Notes: generated by a model not told the origin, from the letters alone. DNA of 64,000 nt from Oikopleura dioica (GCA_907165135.1 OU015570.1:1-64000); one strand, 5' to 3'; positions 1 through 10,052 are shown, counted from the stretch's first letter. Program-made: numbers and translations.

Positions 1-103
1 TACCCTAACCCTAACCCTAACCCTAACCCTAACCCTAACCCTAACCCTAACCTAACCCTAACCCTAACCCTAACCCTAACCCTAACCCTAACCCTAACCC
101 TAA
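1..103 (-). repeat. Telomeric repeat array (TAACCC)n / (TTAGGG)n, chromosome end
   Basis: About 17 near-perfect TAACCC units from base 1, with the C-rich strand on + as expected at a left chromosome end. The array ends abruptly at ...ccctaa|gccggcg. Confidence 0.97.
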
Positions 104-315
104 GCCGGCGCTGGGCCGAGAGACAGATTTTGAACAAGTGCATGAATCTCTTTCCTTATTTGGAATGAGCTTTGTCAAATCACAAGATTCACCCAGAAAT
201 CACCCAGATTCTAGCGGCGTGAAGTGAAGATTTTCGAACAAAATTTGAAGATAATAAAGTCCACCATTGATGATCTCTTTCTTTTCTGGTCACGAAATTT
301 TAATTAAAATATAGC

Positions 316-1514
316 CTATTTCTTGTGACTCTTTCTTGATCCAGCTTCGAATCGGTCTGGCGGTATTCGACGTCGAGACGATGTGCGCCGCGCATATTGT
401 TCCGGCAGAGCTGAAGTTTCTGAAACAGGTTTTACCTCGGGCTCCGCGGCTGAATCTTGAATTTGTTTCATCAGTTCTGGGTCGAGCTCAGCCGGGCGCG
501 ATTTGTGAAGAACACAATGATGACGATGCACCCAAGTAGGAGTTCCGCGAATATCGAGTTGTAGAATAATTCCATTGCTATTTAAACACTCGAACGGGCG
601 AGTCCATTGATTTTTGTTCTCCTTAGCGCTCAGTACTCTATTTAGCAGACATCGGTCCCCTTTTTCAATAACTATGGGTTTTACTGTCGATTTTCCCGCC
701 TCTTTGGTGGCGAGGTCTGCTTCCTCTTGACTCAAATTGATAAATTTCCGAGCACGAATGAGAGTTTCTGCCACTTGTTTTGAGTATGTAGCAGGACTTT
801 TCGCTGAAGGGTTGTCGGCTAGCTGGATTCCTTGAAATGATGGTTTTCGGCCATACAGTATTTCGAATGGCGACATTTTCGTAGCAGCATTTTTGCTTTT
901 ATTTATCATACTTACTACGGATGGCAAAATTAACTCCCAACACTGATTTTTCTCGAGAGTCATGCCAAAAGTGCCGATTATAGAACTCGATGCTGTCGTT
1001 CCAAGCATCCAGTAGATTCCAGTCTGAACGCGACATGAATATTATGTTTGATCCCCAACAAGTTGCAGAGCTCCTCAATCAGTTCATTTTTGAAGTGCGT
1101 CCCTTGATCCGAAGAGATGATTTTCGGAAAGTCGTAGAGAAGAATGTAGCGCATCAGCGCCCGTGCAGCATCCACGGCGCGGCAACGAGCAGTAGGATAA
1201 ACGGCAAAATGACGACTGTAACCACACATTACAGTAAGGGCGTAGTTTTTTCCAGTCTTTGATCTTGGGAGTGAGATAAAGTCGATGTATAATATCTCCC
1301 AAGGTCTTTGAGCACGATAAAGTACCTTGCGGTCGGGCTTGCCTCTTTGCATGTCGAGCCCCTTGAATTTCAAGCAAGTTGAGCATGAAGCGACGAATTC
1401 TCGGATTTGCTGTACCTGATCCGGCCACCACGCCCATTTTAGTTGCTCGCTTGTACGGTTTACTCCACCATGACCATTTTCGTGTGCTATTTTGAGGTAA
1501 TGAGGAACCAGCAA
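316..1514 (-). pseudogene. pol: Integrase (HHCC zinc motif, DDE core, C-terminal region), frameshifted near 1000
   Basis: ORF 978..1514 has HENGHGG..CSTC, RPWEILYIDF, SDQGTHF and ERQHR. ORF 316..1008 continues with SPFEILYGRKP, a typical gypsy integrase C-terminal motif. Confidence 0.92.
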
Positions 1515-1528
1515 TTTCGGATGGACGA

Positions 1529-2660
1529 TTGATCTTCTTTCCCCAGCTCACAGTCAAGCAGCCCGTTTCCGCGTCGACCTCGAGTCGGCTCCAAATTCGC
1601 AGAAATCTTTTTATGCCATTAACATCAGCTGGCACGGCCACTTTTCCCATGTCCACTTTTTTTAATTCGATTTTCAGAATTCGTTTACTCCAACGAACAA
1701 TATTATATGCAGATATCTAATTGATCTATGAATTTTAAAATATCGTGTCGTCACCTGAATATAAATGACGAGCCTACTATCGCCACTTGGATGATAAAAC
1801 TTACACGCCAATTCGTCACTCGGCTGAGTATCATTTTTCTTTCTGACCTTGTCCCACGGTCGCAAAAGCATATCCGCCAGAGTATTTGTTGAACCGCGAA
1901 TATACTGTACCGTGAAGGAATACTTATGTATCCGCTCTTTCCATCTAAATAGTTTGTCGTTGTTTATCAATCTTTTGTCCAGTGAAACCAGTGCTTTGTG
2001 ATCAGTAAGCACCAGAAATGGACGTCCGCGCAAATAATAATCGAATTTTTCTATCGACAGGAGTAGTCCAAGTCCCTCCCTTTCAGTGCTCGACCATTTC
2101 TGTTCAGAGGGTGACAGCGTCTTACTGAACACGGCAATCAATTTTTGCTTGTTGCCTATTTTCTGGATTATTGCTCCGCCTACTGCTACCAAACTCGCAT
2201 CACAAACCACAGTAAAAGGTTCGCTGAAATCCGGTAGTGAGAATACTTTTCCACTTGCCAGAATTCGCTTGGCATTATTAAACGCTGCTTCTGCGTCTTG
2301 ATCTCACTGGAATTCTTTGTCTTTTATATTCAGAAGTGTCAGTTGCTTCAATACTTCTGAAAATGAATTTTTGGCAATTTTGTCGCCGATATTGCATGAA
2401 ATCCATGATTTCCACCAGCTAAATGATCCAAAGACGCTCATAAGTTGCTTTCGAGTTTTCCGCGGCTGCATTTTTTGAAGAGCTTCCATGTTTTCTTTCG
2501 GAATCGAAATCCCATCTTTCGAAATTTCTCTTCCCATGAATTTCGTCGATCTCCTCCCAAAGTTACACTTTGCTCCGCCCAGCCGCGCGTCGAACTTTTC
2601 GCACGCCACCAAAATTTGTCGGATAACTTCGAGATGCGTTTCTTCGTCTTTTGAATGGCA
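1529..2660 (-). pseudogene. pol: RT C-terminal part and RNase H
   Basis: CHSKDEETHLE..KCNFGRRSTKFMGREIS (RT palm/thumb). ORF 1674..2210 has VCDASLVAVGG, EREGLGLL, FLVLTDHKAL and N..ADMLLR (RNase H). Several frameshifts. Confidence 0.9.
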
Positions 2661-3071
2661 TACCGTTGCGCTCTCACTTTTGCGGCGGTGAAAATCTCGA
2701 TCTGAAGCCCCATCAGATCGAGATTTAGCGCGAGGCGTGTATTTTCTGAGACGTACAACACCTACCACACTCCCCGCAGACCAGAGCTTTCCCGAGCGCG
2801 CACCAATCAGAGCGCGGCGTGAAATAAGCGCCCTCACTCGGAAATAACATCAAGAATGAAGGTTAATTAAAATAAACGGTTTTTTGACAGGATTAATGAA
2901 TTGAAAACTTATTTTTTTCTTTAAAAGGCGGTTATTTTATAATAATCTTTTAATAATATAATATCATAATAATAATATAGGTACATATAATGTAGTTTAA
3001 ATAAATTAATCGATTATTAAACTAAATTTTATTGGCTTTTCCACACTCAATCCCGGCTTCACCCACTTTAA

Positions 3072-3655
3072 CCCCTGCCCGCATATCGACCTACGCGTAG
3101 GTAAATTGACTTTTAAACGCGATTATCTCGCGATTGGTAAATATTTTCTATAAAGCTGACCCCCACATATCGGGCTACTTTTTAATGGAGAATCAGGATC
3201 TAAGGTCAAAATAACATTTATTCAAGGATTTAAGATTTTAGCAATTGAACGAAATTTTGATCTCGGGTCAACATGGTAAAACCCAATTTTGATTCAACTG
3301 TTCTCGGCAAGATCTATTTGATCAAATTAATGCTCAGTAGATAATAAAAGTTCGGAATTCTAAATTTTTACTGTATTTAGGACTGCATGAAAATATTTAA
3401 ATTTGTTTTGGACGAGATTTGGAGCGCTGACGACTTATTCTTTTATCAAAAATGAGTACTATTGAAAAGATGACATTTGTTGACATTTGACATCTGACAT
3501 TTGACATTTGATCATGTCCAGGAGAAAGCTCAGCCTTTAATCTTTCCATCCATGTCTTTTGGAAAATTTTATCCCAACTAAAAGACCCCAAAGGCCCGAC
3601 CTACGCGTAGGTCGATATGCGGGCAGGGGTGACAAATTTTTCATGCGGGCAGGGG
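3072..3655. mobile_element. piggyBac-type MITE (584 bp)
   Basis: TTAA at 3068-3071 and 3656-3659. Termini CCCCTGCCCGCA / TGCGGGCAGGGG, plus a longer internal inverted copy at about 3598-3630. Confidence 0.85.
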
Positions 3656-3659
3656 TTAA

Positions 3660-3960
3660 TCTTTGCTTAAACAACTTCGATCCTAGCTTTACAGACGTCA
3701 ATCCTGGTCGCTCCAGCGTCAATCCCGGCTTCTTAAGATCCGATCCGGGCGTCACTTTCTTCAATCCTAGCTTCTCAGATGCCAGTCCCGGCTTTAAAAT
3801 TTTCTTTTATTGCTTCTTGAATAATAATCAATTAAATTGACGTTGGAAAAGCCGAGATTGAAACTGATGAAGCTGGGATTGACGCTAAAAAGTCGGGGTT
3901 GACGTCAAAGAACCCGTGATCGACATTGGAAAATCCAGAATTGGCAGAATCCTGAATTGG
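3660..3960. repeat. Degenerate 21-bp minisatellite in forward then reverse orientation, with an inverted counterpart at about 6600-6750
   Basis: The motif (c/g)tcaatccYggc recurs every ~21 bp. 3669-3710 is a near-exact reverse complement of about 6670-6711. Confidence 0.7.
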
Positions 3961-4325
3961 CTATTTGAGAAAAAAGAAAAGGGTTGAAAATTCCAGCGAC
4001 GAGAAGCACAAAAAAATTTGGCGAGAAAAAGCAATCAAAATCGCGTTTATAAAGGACCATTTTATTGAAATGCACCAAAAATGGGAATTTTATTTAAAAT
4101 TCTAATTATTCCACCCCAGAATCTCATTTTAATCAAAAAATTTTAGGTTCAACAGTGTCCGTGCGAGACCCATTTTGGCCAAAACCGTGGGAAGCTCTTA
4201 AAAATAAAAATAAAAAAAGACCATAAGTCTTTTTAAAACTGGGACAATTCGAATTTTATAAACAATGGGTGTGGGTGGGGTTGGGGACTTAACTGAGATT
4301 GATCATCTCAGAGTTTCCAGCCATT

Positions 4326-6126
4326 GTCAAGCCCCTTAAATTAAAAATCAAGAATCGGGGCTGAGACGGCCCGAAGGGCCGTCAAGCCCCTTAAATTAAA
4401 AATCAAGAATCGGGGCTGAGACGGCCCGAAGGGCCGTCCAGCCCCTTAAATTAAAAATCAAGAATCGGGGCTGAGACGGCCCGAAGGGCCGTCAAGCCCC
4501 TTAAATTAAAAATCAAGAATCGGGGCTGAGACGGCCCGAAGGGCCGTCAAGCCCTTAAATTAAAAATCAAGAATCGGGGCTGAGACGGCCCGAAGGGCCG
4601 TCAAGCCCCTTAAATTAAAAATCAAGAATCGGGGCTGAGACGGCCCGAAGGGCCGTCAAGCCCCTTAAATTAAAAATCAAGAATCGGGGCTGAGACGGCC
4701 CGAAGGGCCGTCAAGCCCCTTAAATTAAAAATCAAGAATCGGGGCTGAGACGGCCCGAAGGGCCGTCAAGCCCCTTAAATTAAAATCAAGAATCGGGGCT
4801 GAGACGGCCCGAAGGGCCGTCAAGCCCCTTAAATTAAAAATCAAGAATCGGGGCTGAGACGGCCCGAAGGGCCGTCAAGCCCCTTAAATTAAAAATCAAG
4901 AATCGGGGCTGAGACGGCCCGAAGGGCCGTCAAGCCCCTTAAATTAAAAATCAAGAATCGGGGCTGAGACGGCCCGAAGGGCCGTCAAGCCCCTTAAATA
5001 AAAATCAAGAATCGGGGCTGAGACGGCCCGAAGGGCCGTCAAGCCCCTTAAATTAAAAATCAAGAATCGGGGCTGAGACGGCCCGAAGGGCCGTCAAGCC
5101 CCTTAAATTAAAAATCAAGAATCGGGGCTGAGACGGCCCGAAGGGCCGTCAAGCCCCTTAAATTAAAAATCAAGAATCGGGGCTGAGACAGCCCGAAGGG
5201 CCGTCAAGCCCCTTAAATTAAAAATCAAGAATCGTAGCTGAGACGGCCCGAAGGGCCGTCAAGCCCTTAAATTAAAAATCAAGAATCGGGGCTGAGACGG
5301 CCCGAAGGGCCGTCAAGCCCCTTAAATTAAAATCAAGAATCGGGGCTGAGACGGCCCGAAGGGCCGTCAAGCCCCTTAAATTAAAAATCAAGAATCGGGG
5401 CTGAGACGGCCCGAAGGGCCGTCAAGCCCTTACATTAAAAATCAAGAATCGGGGCTGAGACGGCCCGAAGGGCCGTCAAGCCCCTTAAATTAAAAATCAA
5501 GAATCGGGGCTGAGACGGCCCGAAGGGCCGTCAAGCCCCTTAAATTAAAAATCAAGAATCGGGGCTGAGACGGCCCGAAGGGCCGTCAAGCCCCTTAAAT
5601 TAAAAATCAAGAATCGGGGCTGAGACGGCCCGAAGGGCCGTCAAGCCCCTTAAATTAAAAATCAAGAATCGGGGCTGAGACGGCCCGAAGGGCCGTCAAG
5701 CCCCTTAAATTAAAAATCAAGAATCGGGGCTGAGACGGCCCGAAGGGCCGTCAAGCCCCTTAAATTAAAAATCAAGAATCGGGGCTGAGACGGCCCGAAG
5801 GGCCGTCAAGCCCCTTAAATTAAAAGTCAAGAATCGGGGCTGAGACGGCCCGAAGGGCCGTCAAGCCCCTTAAATTAAAAATCAAGAATCGGGGCTGAGA
5901 CGGCCCGAAGGGCCGTCAAGCCCCTTAAATTAAAAAGTCAAGAATCGGGGCTGAGACGGCCCGAAGGGCCGTCAAGCCCTTAAATTAAAAATCAAGAATC
6001 GGGGCTGAGACGGCCCGAAGGGCCGTCAAGCCCCTTAAATTAAAGAATCAAGAATCGGGGCTGAGACGGCCCGAAGGGCCGTCAAGCCCCTTAAATTAAA
6101 AATCAAGAATCGGGGCTGAGACGGCC
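4326..6126. repeat. 55-bp tandem satellite, about 33 copies, each with a GC-rich hairpin
   Basis: Unit GTCAAGCCCCTTAAATTAAAAATCAAGAATCGGGGCTGAGACGGCCCGAAGGGCC, with period 55 (4326, 4381, ...). Copies are nearly identical; the hairpin is GACGGCCC-GAA-GGGCCGTC. Confidence 0.97.
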
Positions 6127-7146
6127 TGTATAAATTTATTTTCAAAATTTAATTTATCTGTTCAGCTCAGCTCAGACAATAATCACTCAGCTCAGCTAAG
6201 GTCAGCTGAATCATTCACGAACATGATCTATTCTGCTTAGTTTAGCTCAGCTCAATGACCTCTAAAATGGCAAGCTCAGCTCAGTGAGCTCCGAAATAGG
6301 CCAGCTCAGCTCAGAGAATTTCTCACTTAGGGCGGCTCAGCTCAGCTCAGCAAAAATAAAGCCAAATTTGCAACTCTGGTGGGAGCTTGGAGCTGAGATT
6401 TTTGAAAATTTCGAACCCTGATCTTAATCCTGGGTTCATCGATTTCTATCTGGGCTTTTCCAACCATGATTGACATTCAAGAAGCATGATTTGCAACTGA
6501 GAAGCCGAGACTGAGGTCTGAGAAATTGGTTATGGGTTCCCAATTGGTAATGAGTCCGACCGTTTCCCAAAATGTTTAATTATTAGAATTAGGATTTTAG
6601 TTTGTGACGCTAGGATCGGCATAAAGAAGCCAAAATCGACGCTGGAGATGCCACAATGGACGTTCGAGTCACCAGGATTGACGTCTGAAAAGCTAGGATC
6701 GAAGTTGTTGAAGCTGGGATTGAAGTTGATGAAGCCGGGACTGACTGTGGAGAATCTTAATCAATTCACATCGCCTTTTACCCAACTTGGGGAAACAGCG
6801 ACTTTGGCAAACGGAGACCACTCGATTATTTTGTTTATAATAAGATGTTAAAAGACATATCAGTTGAGACAGCAAGAATATGCAGAAAAAACTGCACAAG
6901 AAAATGTCTTAATTACTTTTATAAATTATAATTATATTAAAGAAGAGTTTCAAATTTGCAAAGGAAGATTTTTGCTCTTCTTAGAGCGCGCTGCTCCTTA
7001 GCGCCCCCACAAGGCCGAGCCTCTGGTCAATTTTTCCCCTGCTTCGAGAATGTTACGTCATTCCGGGTAATAACCACACCGCAGGCCCAAGCGCAAGTGC
7101 GCCTGAATTTTTAGCGCACCGCCTCGCGAGTGAAATCGCAACGGTA

Positions 7147-7200
7147 ATATGTCATCCACATAAGATTTAAAATTATTCTTAACGCGATAACGCGAGTTTG
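7147..7200 (-). pseudogene. pol: RT catalytic motif fragment (KNNFKSYVDDI)
   Basis: Reverse complement of 7151-7162 is TAT GTG GAT GAC (YVDD). It is isolated between two insertions. Confidence 0.88.
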
Positions 7201-7214
7201 AAATTATACGATAA

Positions 7215-7912
7215 CGAGAGCGGGAGCACTTAGTGCACCCGGGCCATCTAGAAGAATTTTAAGCAAAAGAGGACAAAACTGCCTGTCTTCTCGGTCTGTA
7301 AAGCGGCGTTTACGCCGGAATTTTGAAAAATGCTCGGTCTAGAACTCTTGAGAACTCAATTTTGTGGGTAAAAGGCAAAAACAACGCGCGCTCTGTTGAT
7401 GAATGTTATGTAACACTGAGTTCTCGAGACGATTTTCCAAAATTTGCCCCTTTTTTGTAAAAAAGGGATTAAATAAAAAGTATGAAAATTTCTGTAAGTC
7501 AAACTAAGTGAGGAATAGATGTAAGAATCTAAGTTATTTTGAATTTTTGGATTATCTTCAAAATTGAAGAAAATCACAATGCAACAACTACTGATGGGGT
7601 GTTGGATAGCGGAAAAAATCTCATCGGAGCCTGGGTTGGGCTTGTAAGGCTAGTAACCAGACATCCCACTGACGGGCGCTCTGATTCGTCCGTTTACTAT
7701 TTCTCGAATTTTCCATAAGATTCACGTAACCCGTGTTTCCAACATCTGACGAATCAGAGCGCCGACCAAGAAAATGTGTGGTAACTGGCCTCACTAGCCT
7801 AACTCAGGCCCGCTTGAGATAGGCACTCTGATTCGCCACAGCGCTTTGATGGAAATTCCGCTATCAAACACCCCATCAGTAGCTCTGGGAGCACTTAGTG
7901 CTCCCGCTCTCG
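7215..7912. mobile_element. MITE with TAA TSD (PIF/Harbinger-like), 698 bp
   Basis: TAA at 7212-7214 and 7913-7915. TIR CGAGAGCGGGAGCACT / AGTGCTCCCGCTCTCG. It interrupts RT between the PFG and YVDD motifs. Confidence 0.8.
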
Positions 7913-7915
7913 TAA

Positions 7916-8768
7916 TCGGGTTAAGATTTACTGTGGACAACATTTTTGAAATCGCCTTGTTGAAACAATCACCGGAATGTCGTTAACCAAACGGCATTCG
8001 CACATATTGGTATCGCTCATTTTCGAAGATAAAATTTGTCTTGTGTCTATCTTCTTCGTGAATTTTCAAGTTCCAATAAGCGCTACAGGCTGGGCTTATT
8101 TGTGACGAGATAGCGGGGCCTTTGATAGCGGCCCTACGCATTTATTCCGAAATTATCGCCATTATCGAAAATTCCTATCATCCGACCCACAGGTTGAATC
8201 ATTCTGGATGTCGCTTATTGGATGTTATTGCGCGCGCTTCAAATCAACAATGCTGGCGGATTAAAGGAATTTTGATAGAGGTTGCTCAGTCATTCTATCA
8301 GCGTTTCCTTATCTCGTCACAAATAAGCTCAGCCTGTAGAAACGTCGAGATCGGAGAAAATTGTGCTTCCTGTATCGATGTCGCTGAAAATATTGTCGAT
8401 CATTGGTAGACTCCATATTTCTGTATTTTCCGTCAAACACTAATTTAGTGTTTCTTTGTTGTCGGAACACAACCGGATGTCGTCCAATTCCTTCGGTACT
8501 AAGACGAGCGGGGAATGAAACCCCTTTCCATCTTCGCATTTTTCAATAATTCCATCCATCAACATCGTTTTGATTTTTACTCGCGCCTTTGGTTGGAGAT
8601 GCTTCGGTACTGGTCGTGGTCGAACAGCGCGCGTCAATCCGGGAATTGTTGGTATTCTTGCTTTTTCAGAAAATTTGCCGATTGGATCATTTGGTCCCTT
8701 GATCGCCTTTTGTCTCTCGTACAGCATATTTACCAGTTTCCCGAAAGTTTTTGAATTTGAAATTGGAG
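7916..8768 (-). pseudogene. pol: RT N-terminal part
   Basis: PIGKFSEKARIPT..RPRPVPKHL..GIIEKC..FHSPLVLVPK..RLCSD..TLN, then WSLPMIDNIFSDI..FSDLDVS and ERYQYVRMPFG in shifting frames. Confidence 0.88.
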
Positions 8769-8770
8769 TA

Positions 8771-9477
8771 CAGTGTGAAGCACTTTTAAGGCCGATTTTC
8801 GGATGACAGCGAATTTCAAAAGTGGCCTTAAAATGGATATTTTTTGTCCCGAGTCGGATGACAACAAATTTTTACCTTTTTTGGACAAAAAGTTATTAAA
8901 AATTAATAAGGCTTTCATCAACCTCTTGATGACGTCGCATTCTGTGTCGCATTCAGAAAAAGATCCGGGTTTACATTAAAGATTTCCTCGTCGAACATGA
9001 TCACTCGAACATCAAGGAAGAAGATCTCTTGGATCAGGGGAACGAAATCCTCATTAACATGAACCCTGCAATCTTCAAGCGATCCTGGCTCAACACAGGA
9101 CTACTTCAAGAGGATGATTTTGAAGAAAAAATCGAGCAGTTTGAAGATCTCGAGAAAGTTTTCTGGAGAAACAAGAGGAAAAATTGGTCGAGCATTTCCT
9201 AGCGTTTCAAATTGATGAAACACATCCTGCAACATTGATAGAGAGTATAAAAGTGCCTCAAGTTCAAGGGACAGACAATGCCAACGCAGAGAAGCCATTG
9301 ACTTCAAAATGGCCGGAGACGCAGTCGAATATAACTAGCTTTTTTAAGTGAAATTTTCGGATTTTGTATAACAATTGAAAAAATGGCCTTAAAATGGATT
9401 TTTCTGGGATGACAGATTTTGGGGATTTTCCGAAAAACTGGCCTTAAAAGGGTCGGCCTTAAAAGTGCTTCAAACTG
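8771..9477 (+). mobile_element. Internally deleted pogo/Tigger-like DNA transposon
   Basis: TIR CAGTGTGAAGCACTTTTAAGGCCGA / TCGGCCTTAAAAGTGCTTCAAACTG. TA on the left, AA on the right. The interior (about 8918-9220) translates to QPLDD..KIRVYIKDFL..AIFKRSWLNTGL, resembling the DDE_1 transposase C-terminus. Confidence 0.75.
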
Positions 9478-9570
9478 AATTTGATTGGAGGAAAACTTTG
9501 ATCGTACTGTGGGAGAAGGTCCCCTCCTCTTAGGCATAGTAACTGGCTCAAATGGCGGACAAAGTCCCCA

Positions 9571-9642
9571 GGAGAAGTAGTGCAGTGGTAGCACACCGGT
9601 TCATGAACACGGAGGTCCCTGGTTCGACCCCAGGCTTCTTCA
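9571..9642 (+). ncRNA. tRNA-like Pol III cassette in the 5' LTR of the TRIM (degenerate anticodon arm)
   Basis: Acceptor stem GGAGAAG/CTTCTTC, D stem GTGC/GCAC, T arm CCTGG-TTCGACC-CCAGG. A box TAGTGCAGTGG, B box GGTTCGACCCC, TTTT at 9647-9650. The anticodon stem has only 3 of 5 pairs. Confidence 0.8.
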
Positions 9643-9677
9643 ATTCTTTTCACTCGCCTTTGCCTGATCCTACAAAC

Positions 9678-9695
9678 TGGTGAAGACAGTGGGTT
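9678..9695 (+). promoter_or_regulatory. Primer-binding site of the TRIM (possibly tRNA-Leu)
   Basis: TGGTGAAGACAGTGGGTT lies 3 nt after the LTR end. Its complement AACCCACTGTCTTCACCA ends in CCA and resembles tRNA-Leu 3' ends (..CCCAC......A-CCA). The tRNA identity is inference. Confidence 0.7.
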
Positions 9696-9943
9696 GTCTA
9701 GGTAGCCAAAACAAACCCTAAGCTGAGATTGACAAAGGGTCAGTCAGTAGCTCAGGAGAAGCTGAAGGTTGGGAGGGTTGGTAGGCTTGCAACGGTTGGG
9801 GACCGTGGCACCAGACAAAGAACCAAAAACCCAAGGCGGCATATGTAAGACGAGTTGTTAGAGCAGTTACTAGGGGGAGTTGTGGGAGAAGGTCCCCTCC
9901 TCTTAGGCATAGTAACTGGCTCAAATGGCGGACAAAGTCCCCA

Positions 9944-10016
9944 GGAGAAGTAGTGCAGTGGTTAGCACACCGGTTCATGAACACGGAGGTCCCTGGTTCG
10001 ACCCCAGGCTTCTTCA
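9944..10016 (+). ncRNA. tRNA-like Pol III cassette in the 3' LTR of the TRIM
   Basis: Same as 9571-9642 with one extra T in the D loop. TTTT at 10021-10024. Confidence 0.8.
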
Positions 10017-10052
10017 ATACTTTTCACTCGCCTTTGCCTGATCCTACAGTAC

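Larger units (their letters stand above)
2663..7144. mobile_element. 4.48-kb non-autonomous DNA transposon (TA TSD, Tc1/mariner-superfamily-like) inserted into the RT active-site region
   Basis: TA at 2661-2662 and 7145-7146. Imperfect 28-bp TIRs: CCGTTGCGCTCTCACTTTTGCGGCGGTG vs CCGTTGCGATTTCACTCGCGAGGCGGTG. Removing the element and one TA restores TAT GTG GAT GAC ATA TTA TGC CAT TCA (YVDDILCHS). No transposase ORF seen. Confidence 0.88.
9508..10048 (+). mobile_element. Miniature LTR retrotransposon (TRIM), 541 bp, with tRNA-like cassettes in both LTRs
   Basis: LTRs 9508-9674 and 9881-10048 (167/168 bp, 2 differences) with TGTGGGA...TCCTACA ends. 4-bp TSD GTAC (9504-9507, 10049-10052). PBS-like TGGTGAAGACAGTGGG at 9678, PPT AGGGGGAG at 9872-9879, non-coding 206-bp interior. 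Confidence 0.92.

Noticed and set aside
104-315. Start of an env ORF after integrase
   Set aside because: All three minus-strand frames close within about 40 codons and no signal peptide is evident. It cannot be supported from this fragment.
104-2660. Telomere-specialised non-LTR retrotransposon (TART/TRAS/SART-like)
   Set aside because: It encodes RNase H plus a DDE integrase in gypsy order, and has no endonuclease and no poly(A) at the telomere junction.
2661-2837. N-terminal part of ORF 2304..2837 as genuine Pol sequence
   Set aside because: This part is read-through into the TIR of the inserted element. True Pol resumes at CHSKD (2660) and its upstream part is at 7147-7200.
4355-4392. 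Hammerhead ribozyme in the satellite unit (CTGAGA..GGCCCGAAGGGCC)
   Set aside because: The core needs CUGANGA followed by stem II and GAAA. Here it reads CTGAGAC and GTCAA, so the catalytic nucleotides are not matched.
4326-6126. CRISPR array (palindromic repeats with spacers)
   Set aside because: The spacers are identical rather than unique, the context is a eukaryotic telomere, and there are no cas genes. It is a tandem satellite.
9571-10016. Two functional tRNA genes (Met or His)
   Set aside because: The anticodon stem has two mismatches and position 33 is C, so the anticodon is ambiguous (ATG or CAT). Both lie inside LTRs.
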